DNA of 64,000 bases from Bacteroidota bacterium. Lineage in GTDB: Bacteria; Bacteroidota; Bacteroidia; 2-12-FULL-35-15. Shown one piece after another: positions 41,029 through 49,652 of the stretch (positions are counted from its first letter, which is position 1; each line of letters starts with the position of its first letter). The notes under the pieces were generated by a model, which was given only the letters and a program-made list of their open reading frames with translations, was not told the origin of the DNA and did no database searches. The position numbers and the translations under genes are program-made. Location: the NCBI GenBank assembly GCA_025963715.1, contig JAOQAG010000019.1, positions 15,330 through 79,329 on the forward strand. Direction: 5' to 3'.

Positions 41029-41508
41029 TTATTTTATTAAATATTGGAAATACACGTAGCCTACAACAGCACCGAATTGAATTTGTGCCCATTTGGAGTC
41101 TATTAATTTTAGGACAGTTACTTTGTCGCCAAATTTCAACGTATATGATATAACCTCATCAGTTGATGGTGTTTTGCGAATATTTAAGCTTTTAGTATTT
41201 ACATGATATATTTGCCCAGCTGCAATATGGTTATTTGAAGATGTGCTTGTTTTAGGTTTTGACGCTGAAGGCGTTGGTTTAGTTTGTGTATATTTAGGAG
41301 TGGGTGCAGGAGCTGAATAGCTGCATACTCCACAACTACCTCCAGAATTACAGTGCGCGCAATAATTGCAGGATTTACAAGCTGTACAATTTGCAATGCC
41401 TGTGCATCTACCAAAATCTTTTGCTTTTGTTTCTGTGGTGCTAAAAAAAGCAATTAAACTACCACCAATTATAATAGCAAGAATGGCTATGATTTTAATT
41501 TTTTTCAT
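41029..41508 (-). CDS. Secreted Cys-rich plus SH3b domain protein; start reassigned to MKKIK
   Basis: 8-Cys motif, Pro/Thr/Ser linker, LNIRKTPST..GDKV..WAQI..GYVY. Confidence 0.8.
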   Translation of the reverse strand: MKKIKIIAILAIIIGGSLIAFFSTTETKAKDFGRCTGIANCTACKSCNYCAHCNSGGSCGVCSYSAPAPTPKYTQTKPTPSASKPKTSTSSNNHIAAGQIYHVNTKSLNIRKTPSTDEVISYTLKFGDKVTVLKLIDSKWAQIQFGAVVGYVYFQYLIK

Positions 41509-41684
41509 TAGATTATTTGCATGAATTAGGTTTGTAAATGTGAAAAACTGATTCAATCTTATGACAATATTCTTACCTGCACAAGTTTTTAAAGCAATAT
41601 TTAATCTAGAAAATATTACCATTAGCGTTTGCCGAAAAAGGCAATAAATCAAAAATAATTTCGGCAAGTTCGACTAAAAAAATT

Positions 41685-41860
41685 ACATTTCAATGGACAC
41701 TTTTCGACTTCCAGGACATCGAAATAAAGGTCATTTTTAGAAATGGCTTCAAAAAAATTATCCAATGAAAACACCCGTTTTCATTGGATAATAGAGAATA
41801 AGAAGTTTATGTACTCAAATAATCCATATTTCAATGGACACTTTTTGACTTCCAAGACAA
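41685..41860. repeat. 35-bp repeat x2 (41685-41719, 41826-41860) flanking a 15-bp-stem hairpin (41757-41792); third copy at 62559-62593
   Basis: ACATTTCA(A/C)TGGACACTTTTCGACTTCCAGGACAT. Confidence 0.8.
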
Positions 41861-41885
41861 TTTTGTATAATTATGCTTTACCAAG

Positions 41886-42674
41886 CTATTTCAGCCATTC
41901 GATCTTTGTAATAACAGGTTCGGTGCTTAAGAATGCCATTGAAGCCTTGTTGCTACTATCTATCACTTTGGGTTCTATTGTTATTTTAGCCGCTCTTTCT
42001 ATATTGTCTGGAATTAAATTGAGTATGTATCCCGATCCGAAAATAAAGACACATTGAGATTTTTTGGGACCACCATCGCCTGAGAAAATAGTGGCTACGG
42101 TAGAATATCCTTTACCGTCATCAAATAAGCGCAATGTTTCCGTTGTCTCATCTTCTTTCTTTATATCAAGAAAGTAGCCTCGCTCATCTTTTTTTCTTGA
42201 CATCTTTATCAACATGCCATTATATTCTTTTACTTGTGACGTTTCAGAATTAGCATCACCAACAAGCTCAATTTTAGAAACAACTCTTTCTGCTCCGTTC
42301 ATTGAATATGTCATATTCACTTTTCTACCTAAGTATTTTGGATTAGCAACATACTGATCTTTTTCTTTGAGCAGCACATCTTTTGTCTCTGCATTCATTA
42401 CAAGATCACCTTTGACCATGATATGACCAGGAATGTCACTTGAGCCTTGACAAAAAGCAAAGTTCAACCTTTTGCCATTATCCAATATAATACCTGCATC
42501 TGACGAACCTTGGTATGATCCACACCACATGTTTTTAATCGTACCTGATACAATCGAATCTGCTTTAATAACTTCAACAGTTGGTTCTGCAGCATTTGTA
42601 TTTGTGCCTTGGTTTCCATTGCATGAAGAATGAAAGGCAAGAATAATTAATGAGTAAGCAATTGTTTTTTTCAT
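41886..42674 (-). CDS. Hypothetical lipoprotein
   Basis: Lipobox HSSC; overlaps the stop of the upstream XRE gene. Confidence 0.72.
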   Translation of the reverse strand: MKKTIAYSLIILAFHSSCNGNQGTNTNAAEPTVEVIKADSIVSGTIKNMWCGSYQGSSDAGIILDNGKRLNFAFCQGSSDIPGHIMVKGDLVMNAETKDVLLKEKDQYVANPKYLGRKVNMTYSMNGAERVVSKIELVGDANSETSQVKEYNGMLIKMSRKKDERGYFLDIKKEDETTETLRLFDDGKGYSTVATIFSGDGGPKKSQCVFIFGSGYILNLIPDNIERAAKITIEPKVIDSSNKASMAFLSTEPVITKIEWLK

Positions 42675-43057
42675 TTTTTTCGAATTTTAGTTTTACTGGT
42701 TTGTTTTAATAATGAATCAACCACACCCTTCAAATGTGCATTCTCTGACTTTAAAGATTCGATATGGGCTTCCTGTGCTTCAAAAGTTTTTTGCTCGAAT
42801 TTTGAACGATGGTTGATGACCAATCCATTCGCTTTCTTATTATGCGTCAGATTGAAAACAATGTGCTCATTACCGATTAACTCAATTATTGATACATCGA
42901 GCACATCTGCTATTTTTAAAAGTTTGGAAAAAAGAATGTCTCCACCATTCTCGAACTGCGAGACTCCGCGCTGCGACCAGCCTATGGCCTCAGCTACATA
43001 CTCCTGACTATAGTTAAGGCTTTCACGAATGAGTTTTGTGTTCCTGGAAACATTCAT
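42671..43057 (-). CDS. XRE-family HTH regulator
   Basis: IRESLNYSQEYVAEAIGWSQRGVSQFENG..LLKIADVLDV. Confidence 0.88.
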   Translation of the reverse strand: MNVSRNTKLIRESLNYSQEYVAEAIGWSQRGVSQFENGGDILFSKLLKIADVLDVSIIELIGNEHIVFNLTHNKKANGLVINHRSKFEQKTFEAQEAHIESLKSENAHLKGVVDSLLKQTSKTKIRKK

Positions 43058-43140
43058 TTTTTTTGAAATAAAAGTATTGCAAGGCCAGTGAATAAATTAT
43101 TCGATGAGTGAATAGAATATTTCGATAAAAGTGTTAGTGA

Positions 43141-43545
43141 TTAATAAAACTTGCGGTTTATAAAATCTGAAATATGATTGGCCAGATCAATAGGTGTTGA
43201 ATCTTCGGCAAGCTTGGATTTACCGTAATCAGGATGATTAAAGTTGACAGTAAAAATCCATAGTGTTTCTAATAAGTCTAAACCAAACCAGTCAATGATT
43301 GAATGAATTGTACTTGCGCCTTTTTCTATATTAACAAGTACAGGACTACCATCACGCTTATAACGCCATTCTTCATACCATTCTGGCATATCTTCAAACG
43401 GCCACAAGATGAAATAAGCATCGAAAGCTTCCTCACCAATTACATGCATGTTTACTTTTACAGGTTTCTCAACGAAGCCTTCTGGCAAATGACTTATCTT
43501 GTCTGCGAATTCAAGTAATCTTCTTTTTTGTAATTTCTCTTCCAT
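43141..43545 (-). CDS. Hypothetical protein
   Basis: 134-aa ORF at the end of the transposase-led gene run. Confidence 0.65.
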   Translation of the reverse strand: MEEKLQKRRLLEFADKISHLPEGFVEKPVKVNMHVIGEEAFDAYFILWPFEDMPEWYEEWRYKRDGSPVLVNIEKGASTIHSIIDWFGLDLLETLWIFTVNFNHPDYGKSKLAEDSTPIDLANHISDFINRKFY

Positions 43546-43561
43546 AGTTTTATTATTTAGT

Positions 43562-43699
43562 TTAACATATCCATTCTAAAGCGCCTTTTACATATCCTTT
43601 TACAAATGCTTCCCGCTCGTAGCGTGTCAGCCAATTTCTGTTTGGACCAGCAGATTTCTTGGCCATTGTTTTGATTTGCCTTAGTTGTTTTTTGCGCAT
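43562..43699 (-). CDS. 45-aa hypothetical protein (not in ORF track)
   Basis: MRKKQLRQIKTMAKKSAGPNRNWLTRYEREAFVKGYVKGALEWIC*; starts 1 bp after the upstream stop. Confidence 0.55.
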   Translation of the reverse strand: MRKKQLRQIKTMAKKSAGPNRNWLTRYEREAFVKGYVKGALEWIC

Positions 43700-43700
43700 A

Positions 43701-43922
43701 TTAATTGTAGTTATAGTGTTTTAAATGCATTAATAGAACTTCTTTCCAGACTTCCTGATCCACAATATTTATCCTGGTTGGAATCTCAAGCGGCTTAAAT
43801 TCTAAACCCTCTTTAAGTGATTTTCCATTCTCAAGTTGAACAAAATTGCCAGGTGTCGATAAAAATCTGGCAAAGTGATTCCAAATAAACAGATCGAACT
43901 CAACTTTCTTAAGTGTCTTCAT
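43701..43922 (-). CDS. Hypothetical protein (73 aa)
   Basis: ATGA-coupled to the upstream 52-aa ORF. Confidence 0.6.
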   Translation of the reverse strand: MKTLKKVEFDLFIWNHFARFLSTPGNFVQLENGKSLKEGLEFKPLEIPTRINIVDQEVWKEVLLMHLKHYNYN

Positions 43923-44077
43923 TGAAAGTCCTCCAGAAATAAATGGTTTTGCCTGATAAAATAAAAGGCTTTTTTCGCATCTTTGGTTGCTTTTATGGCT
44001 TCCTCTTCAGGCAAGATGTCCCGAAAAAGATTTAATAGCTCATGATCTAATGCTGTGGGTTTGTAATTTTTTTTCAT
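43919..44077 (-). CDS. 52-aa hypothetical protein (not in ORF track)
   Basis: MKKNYKPTALDHELLNLFRDILPEEEAIKATKDAKKAFYFIRQNHLFLEDFQ*. Confidence 0.6.
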   Translation of the reverse strand: MKKNYKPTALDHELLNLFRDILPEEEAIKATKDAKKAFYFIRQNHLFLEDFQ

Positions 44078-44100
44078 TTTTATTTTGTTTTTATTGGTTA

Positions 44101-45597
44101 CTATTTTGATACAATTCTTTCAAGAGCTTCAACGATTCTCACCATTGCTACAACATCCATGTGACAGTACTCAAGCAGGTCTCGCTTGGTTTGTATTTGT
44201 TCCTTATAAGAAAGCTTATGAAAGTTCTCGTATTGTGCCATCGCTAAAGCACCATTATTAATCCGAAGGTCTTTATAAGATAATTCAGGCACCAATGCAG
44301 GTAATACGCGTTTTATACTATGTGAGCCTTGAAATGAAGGATGATAGTAATGCCGTTTAGCAAAAGGTTCCATAAGGTCTTTTAGTCTGCTAATACGTTC
44401 ATTAATTTCTTCAGCATATTCTGGAAATTTAATGGCCAACTCTTTTAAACGGAGACTCTCAAATCCCTGATTATATACAATGATGCTTCCTTCCTCATCT
44501 GTATCCATTAAAAGGTTCTCTATGAATGCCCTTCTAGGATCAGATCCAGGTTTAGCCAGGAATTCTTTCCGTATCAAATCTGATTTAATATTCTCCTGGC
44601 GAAGAATTGAATATTGAAAACACATTTGCTGATAAGGCTTGGTGCCTTTGTATATTGGTATAGCAGGCATAAAACTCTCAAAATCCATAAAGATTAGAGG
44701 CTCATTGAGATTTAAGTATTGTAAAAAATCTCTGATGGCTTTATGATTTATTTTAGGCTGGCCATTTGATACCGCCTGAGCTTCTATCCATTGACTTTCA
44801 CTTAATTTCGTGTCTTTGGGAATCTGGCTCACTTCATTTATTCCTTGTTCTGATAATTCATCTGCTTTATCTTTCCTAAGCCTTCCAAGATGCCAAATAG
44901 ATTTAGGTGATACATTTCTCCAGCAATGAATCATGAAACCGCAAGGACGAGGTTTGAAGCAATGGCTGCCAATTGAAATTTTAGGCGGCATGCTACTATT
45001 CAATGTAGTTTCTATTTGTTGCAAATGTCTTTCGATGAGAACTTGCGCCTGCTTCGCCCTTGTAGTTACATTTTCAATAATAAATAATTTATTGATATCT
45101 AAAGTGTCGCCCAATACATATGCTTTATTCAAATACGCTATATGGATTTCTGTATCCTTATCATAGCCAGCCTGTTTCAATACATAGTACTGAAAGGCAA
45201 CATCAAGAATCTGCTCTGGAAGCTTTATAGAAGTTGAGCTTTTAACTTCAATAAGTTTATTTTTCTTTTGTGAAGTCACAAATATGTCTGCCTGGAAACG
45301 ATAATTACCGTCAGGTGTTGCAAATGCTGGCTCATAAAATATTTGGTTCTCAGAGTTGAGCAATCTTTTTGTTTCTTCAATCAAATCAAAAGATCTGATC
45401 TTGCCACCTTGAGTTACATCAATTCCACCTCGATAAAGTTGTCTGGCAACAATACCCACAGCGGTTCCTTTATCCATTATTGCTTGTTGTTCAATAGTAA
45501 TAGCAGGGCGAAGCTCAGTGGCTGCACAATGCATAAAAATTGCTTTAAGGCACTGAGTACCTTTCATAAATGTAGATTTCGAGATTTTATATTTCAT
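44101..45597 (-). CDS. DUF2779 protein: Cas4-like PD-(D/E)xK domain plus DnaQ/RNase H-like domain
   Basis: ISKS.FMKG.QC, QADI..LIEVKSS..DVAFQ, CGFMIHC, MDFES, YNQGFE, SIKRVLP, YCHMDV. Confidence 0.85.
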   Translation of the reverse strand: MKYKISKSTFMKGTQCLKAIFMHCAATELRPAITIEQQAIMDKGTAVGIVARQLYRGGIDVTQGGKIRSFDLIEETKRLLNSENQIFYEPAFATPDGNYRFQADIFVTSQKKNKLIEVKSSTSIKLPEQILDVAFQYYVLKQAGYDKDTEIHIAYLNKAYVLGDTLDINKLFIIENVTTRAKQAQVLIERHLQQIETTLNSSMPPKISIGSHCFKPRPCGFMIHCWRNVSPKSIWHLGRLRKDKADELSEQGINEVSQIPKDTKLSESQWIEAQAVSNGQPKINHKAIRDFLQYLNLNEPLIFMDFESFMPAIPIYKGTKPYQQMCFQYSILRQENIKSDLIRKEFLAKPGSDPRRAFIENLLMDTDEEGSIIVYNQGFESLRLKELAIKFPEYAEEINERISRLKDLMEPFAKRHYYHPSFQGSHSIKRVLPALVPELSYKDLRINNGALAMAQYENFHKLSYKEQIQTKRDLLEYCHMDVVAMVRIVEALERIVSK

Positions 45598-46523
45598 TAG
45601 GCCGCGATTTTAGAGTAAGTGTGTGTTAATGATGGTAGGCGTTTTAAAAGTTCATGAAAGCCATAATCATAATCGTACCTGAAGGTGTGACGAAAAGAAA
45701 ATTCCGAGAGATAATTAGGAAGTGTTTTTTGCGTAACATTTCTATATGTTCCTTCAATCATTGACTTGAAATTTTTAAATGCATTCTCTGCAGAATTCGT
45801 TGATGCATTCTCTCTGGTGAATTCATGTTTGTGATGATTAACCATAACATGGTCATATCCCAAGGATTTGAGTTTGTTGTACGCACCCCAAGTATCTGTT
45901 GAAATTGTTGTAGAGACAGGCACGTTAGCTGTTATTATCGGAATAATAGTATCAGCATCTGCTGAAGGAATAACAAACATTTTACACTTACCTCTTCGCT
46001 CAATTATGGCAAGTATTGTAGTGTTGCGTTGATTTCCCCTTCCACGACCCATGTAAAAATGACGCCCCATTCCTTTCCCGCCAGTTGGAACGTAGCTTTC
46101 ATCTATTTCAACTACAGTGTTTGCAAATTCAAAATCCAAACACTCATCCATTAGCTGACGAATAGCATTTAAAACCCTGAAAACCGTAGGGTATGAAAAG
46201 CCATAAGTGCGATGAATTTCTTTAGCTGAAATACCGTTTCGGGAATAAACCATCTTAAACATAATTTCAAACCAATCATTAATCGCAACATGTGTATGGT
46301 CGAAAATTGAATCTACCATTGGATACACATGCTTTAAACATTTAGAACAGATAAATGCTTTCTTACCCCGTAGTCGATGATAATATCTATCAATAGGAGC
46401 ATCACAATTTGGAGAAAAGCAAATCCTGTCTTCGCTCATACGGAATTCCAAGAGGGCCTTGAGACAATGCTCCTCCGTACCATATTTTTTCTTAAAAACT
46501 TGAGTGGTCATGAATTTTTGCAT
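45597..46523 (-). CDS. IS1595 family DDE transposase (ISXO2-like domain)
   Basis: N-terminal Zn ribbon C..PNC..CSKC, VEIDESYV, IERRG, STDTWGAY, H..VNH, TNSAENAF, YLSEFSFR. Confidence 0.93.
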   Translation of the reverse strand: MQKFMTTQVFKKKYGTEEHCLKALLEFRMSEDRICFSPNCDAPIDRYYHRLRGKKAFICSKCLKHVYPMVDSIFDHTHVAINDWFEIMFKMVYSRNGISAKEIHRTYGFSYPTVFRVLNAIRQLMDECLDFEFANTVVEIDESYVPTGGKGMGRHFYMGRGRGNQRNTTILAIIERRGKCKMFVIPSADADTIIPIITANVPVSTTISTDTWGAYNKLKSLGYDHVMVNHHKHEFTRENASTNSAENAFKNFKSMIEGTYRNVTQKTLPNYLSEFSFRHTFRYDYDYGFHELLKRLPSLTHTYSKIAA

Positions 46524-46558
46524 AAGTTTTCTTTTTTTAGAAATTTGTCTTAAAAATG

Positions 46559-46590
46559 TTTGCTTTATATAATAATTGTTTATACATTTG
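46559..46590 (+). promoter_or_regulatory. Canonical Bacteroidetes primary-sigma promoter pointing away from the transposase
   Basis: TTTG (46559-62), 20-nt spacer, TACATTTG (46583-90). Confidence 0.7.
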
Positions 46591-46596
46591 CCTTAA

Positions 46597-46727
46597 CAAA
46601 AGGGAAGATTCCAAAAAGAAGATCCCCGTCCAAGCAAAAAGCCCAGATATACTCGCAAGGTTATTAGGTAAAAAGCTTACAGGACACAAGAATAGACCTG
46701 AATTGCGCCAACAATTCAGGTTTTTTT
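46597..46727 (+). ncRNA. Candidate ~130-nt small RNA
   Basis: Consensus promoter upstream, intrinsic terminator downstream, no ATG in between. Confidence 0.45.
46696..46727 (+). terminator. Intrinsic terminator
   Basis: ACCTGAATTG-CGCCAA-CAATTCAGGT stem followed by a T run. Confidence 0.75.
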
Positions 46728-46741
46728 ATGTCTAAAGCCTA

Positions 46742-47308
46742 TTAAAATCCAGAAACACTATAGTTCTCTGGTCTTTTTTGTTCTTCGGTTAAATTTTTAA
46801 GTATGTCCTCAGCTGGTTCATGACCAGGAAGAATTCTATAGCCCACTTTTTTGCCATCACTCTCTTGCTCAATCCATTCATGGCGAGTAGTGTAGAAGCT
46901 GTATAAGTTGGAGTTATTCATTTTGAGATTAACGAGTTTCTTCTCCTTTATAAGTTTGACCATTTTCTGAGCTAAGTTCTTTAGAGTTTTAGCTGCAGCC
47001 CGTTTACCCTCGATTTTCTCGATAATATCCTCTATGTCACGTTTTCTCCATATAGAATGGTCCTTATCCTCAATATAACGTAGTTTATCCAAGATAGACT
47101 CATTAAATGGGTAATTTGGCCAATCAGGATTAGTGGCAGGTCCGCCATTTCCTTTTTCTTCCGTTTGAGGAACTTCGGAATCGCCTTTAATTATGGCAAG
47201 TGCTTTTTTAAGTCGCTCAGCCTCATCAAGATGCATAATAATTTCATCTTCAAGGCCACGGATAATGGTTTCTAGGTTGTTTTTTACCATTTTTCTTATT
47301 TTTCTCAT
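46742..47308 (-). CDS. Hypothetical protein (coiled-coil N-terminus, possible wHTH)
   Basis: 188-aa ORF upstream of the transposase. Confidence 0.7.
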   Translation of the reverse strand: MRKIRKMVKNNLETIIRGLEDEIIMHLDEAERLKKALAIIKGDSEVPQTEEKGNGGPATNPDWPNYPFNESILDKLRYIEDKDHSIWRKRDIEDIIEKIEGKRAAAKTLKNLAQKMVKLIKEKKLVNLKMNNSNLYSFYTTRHEWIEQESDGKKVGYRILPGHEPAEDILKNLTEEQKRPENYSVSGF

Positions 47309-47357
47309 GCGAAGCTAGTTAAAATATTTGACATTTCCTAATAAAATCATCACATTT

Positions 47358-47376
47358 TTAAGACCAACGGTCTTAA
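47358..47376. promoter_or_regulatory. Operator-like palindrome TTAAGACC-AAC-GGTCTTAA
   Basis: Perfect 8-bp arms between divergent genes. Confidence 0.45.
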
Positions 47377-47551
47377 TCTTTATAATAATTATAAGACGTT
47401 TTTAAAACATTTCTTTGTGTTTTTTATAAGGGCAATAAGGGATTTGAGAAAGTTCATACAGTGATAGGGACAGATATAAAAAAAATAAAATCGGAGGAGA
47501 ATAAATAGGTAGATTTTTCAAAAATCACAACTATTTATGGAAAAAGGATAA

Positions 47552-47890
47552 ATGAATACCTTAATTAAAATACGAAAAGTGGTCAGAGATACTTTACGGG
47601 AGAATTATTTTAGTCCTGCAAAAGACAATTGGGAAATCCATGATGATAATGGATGTATCTCAAAAGGAGATTACAATAAGATCATCCATCAGTGGAATAT
47701 TAATTTTTTGGCAGATTGGGCTTACAAAAACATATATGGTAATACTGACCGAAACCCTAAACTTATAATTAAAGAATGGAGTGGTCAGCTAAGATTGATC
47801 TGTGTGGTTGACGAAAATAGTTCAGCAACAGGCAAACATTACAACACCTCGTTATTGAATGGAGAACCTCAGATTCCGCTGTCTCTATGA
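47552..47890 (+). CDS. Hypothetical protein
   Basis: 112-aa ORF with ATG start. Confidence 0.55.
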   Translation: MNTLIKIRKVVRDTLRENYFSPAKDNWEIHDDNGCISKGDYNKIIHQWNINFLADWAYKNIYGNTDRNPKLIIKEWSGQLRLICVVDENSSATGKHYNTSLLNGEPQIPLSL

Positions 47891-48183
47891 TGCTCGATAA
47901 AAATGCAAGTCATTCTAATATTATCATCCGTAGACTTTTCTTCAGGAAAATATGCAATTAGATCATAATTGTCCACAAAGTAACTAATTACCTCTCTAGC
48001 ATGTGATACGACTGAGTGTTCATATAAATATGCATAGTTTCCACTTTTAAATGGGCAGTTACTTCCACTAATCCCAATAGTCCATCCCCTAATGTCTGTC
48101 GTTGGAGTGCTTATTTTTATTACAGTCATAAGGACTTTTACAATATGCATAGCTTCTGATGAATACTTATTTGTTTCTTCCAT
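47869..48183 (-). CDS. Hypothetical protein; start reassigned to MEETNKY
   Basis: 104 aa; the longer tracked start overlaps the divergent gene. Confidence 0.55.
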   Translation of the reverse strand: MEETNKYSSEAMHIVKVLMTVIKISTPTTDIRGWTIGISGSNCPFKSGNYAYLYEHSVVSHAREVISYFVDNYDLIAYFPEEKSTDDNIRMTCIFIEHHRDSGI

Positions 48184-48245
48184 TTTTTCTAAATGAGCGA
48201 GATTATTTACTAAATTAGATTTACAGATGATAAAAATATAAAAAT

Positions 48246-49166
48246 ATGACAACACTTGCAATTCAGCAAATTGAAGGGTTTAAAATTCTTTATAATTCGA
48301 TTATAGGGTTTATCCCTGGTGGACACATCTCTGTCGAACTTGCTCAGTACCGTGGACGAATTCAACAGGAACGATTAAATAAATTTTCAGTGTTCTTAAA
48401 AGAGGGTTTTGAAAAGACAACAGGAAAACAATTTGATCCAGAGAATTTAAAAACAGAAGATTTTACTGACTCCTTTGAAACTATCATTCGTAAAGTAGTT
48501 CAAACAAAGTCTGAAGAAAAGCTCAAACGGTATAGAAATGTGCTTCTACGCCAAATGCTTGAAAGGGGCGAACATGAGATGTTTAGCAAGTTTGTTGCAT
48601 TAATAGATGAAGTATCGGATATCGAAATCCTTATATTATCTGCAATAATGACCTTTTCTAAGCCAGATAATTTTATTGAAATAATTAGACAATTAGAAAA
48701 TCCCCTCGGAGATACCGACTATCACGCCATTCCAAGATCAGTAAAGCAGGAGGATATTGTTATTCCTAACAGCATCACGTTTAGTCGTGATGAATTAAAG
48801 TTTTACATTCTAGATCTAAAGAGCAAAGGGTTGGTAGACTCCGTTTATCCACTTAGGCAAATAACTTACGGACCACAGCGCCAAAATACACCCTTCAAAG
48901 ATGAAAATTTCAGTCTAAGCATTATAGGTAAAAGGTTTGTCAAATTTATTGATGAGTACGGCAAAGACGAATTAAAAATAGAACCAATGGAATATACATA
49001 CTGCATAGAAGATGGACAGTTCTCGTATGAATTTTCTTATCCAGACAAAAAATGCCATCACAAAGTAGGTGATGTATTTATTGATGAATATGACAACGAT
49101 GTAAAAGTTTTTGAAATTAATCACGAAGAAGGATACATCGTTTGTGGTGGATCAGTGTCGGACTAA
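48246..49166 (+). CDS. Abi-alpha/DUF4393-like protein with C-terminal extension
   Basis: RIQQERLNKF..EDFTDSFE..SEEKLKRYRNVL..wHTH DLKSKGLV..LSIIGKRFV. Confidence 0.55.
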   Translation: MTTLAIQQIEGFKILYNSIIGFIPGGHISVELAQYRGRIQQERLNKFSVFLKEGFEKTTGKQFDPENLKTEDFTDSFETIIRKVVQTKSEEKLKRYRNVLLRQMLERGEHEMFSKFVALIDEVSDIEILILSAIMTFSKPDNFIEIIRQLENPLGDTDYHAIPRSVKQEDIVIPNSITFSRDELKFYILDLKSKGLVDSVYPLRQITYGPQRQNTPFKDENFSLSIIGKRFVKFIDEYGKDELKIEPMEYTYCIEDGQFSYEFSYPDKKCHHKVGDVFIDEYDNDVKVFEINHEEGYIVCGGSVSD

Positions 49167-49171
49167 TGTTA

Positions 49172-49642
49172 TTATCCAGCATAAGAGCGCCTTTGAGCTT
49201 CAAAGTACCAATCACCGATCCACTCATCATTCAATTCAAGAACTTTAAAACTTTCCCATTCCTTATTCTTAGTCATCCACATAGCTTTATCTTCCGAATA
49301 ATTATCAAAAAAATAATTCACTGGTTCTAGTGAGATACCCTTTTCCTTTGCTCGTGCTGCGATAGATAAATTCCGATCTAAATATTTTGTCCAATCTTCT
49401 TCTGTTCTTTTTCCTGAAAAAGCGAAGTCAATAAGCCTGCTTATCATTAATGTTCTAAAAGCTATTTCATGGTTGCTTAAGTCTGTTTCTTTTAAATACA
49501 CCATAAATTTAGCTTCTGGATTTAAATCATCAGAATGTACCGCTTTAGATGGATGGAAAAACGAGGCATAATAAAGCATATCTTTTCTAAAGTTTGCTGG
49601 CAAAAGATTCAGCCAGTTTTCGATTTTTTCTATTGGGTTCAT
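49172..49642 (-). CDS. Hypothetical protein
   Basis: 156-aa ORF. Confidence 0.65.
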   Translation of the reverse strand: MNPIEKIENWLNLLPANFRKDMLYYASFFHPSKAVHSDDLNPEAKFMVYLKETDLSNHEIAFRTLMISRLIDFAFSGKRTEEDWTKYLDRNLSIAARAKEKGISLEPVNYFFDNYSEDKAMWMTKNKEWESFKVLELNDEWIGDWYFEAQRRSYAG

Positions 49643-49652
49643 AGTCTATAAA

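Noticed and set aside
44101-45597. CRISPR-Cas locus or casposon suggested by the Cas4-like domain
   Set aside because: No cas1, polB or repeat-spacer array anywhere in the window
45597-46523. Stand-alone IS1595 insertion sequence
   Set aside because: No inverted repeats or TSD flank the transposase and its stop overlaps the next start codon; matching ends with an 8-bp TSD are at 35464 and 59711
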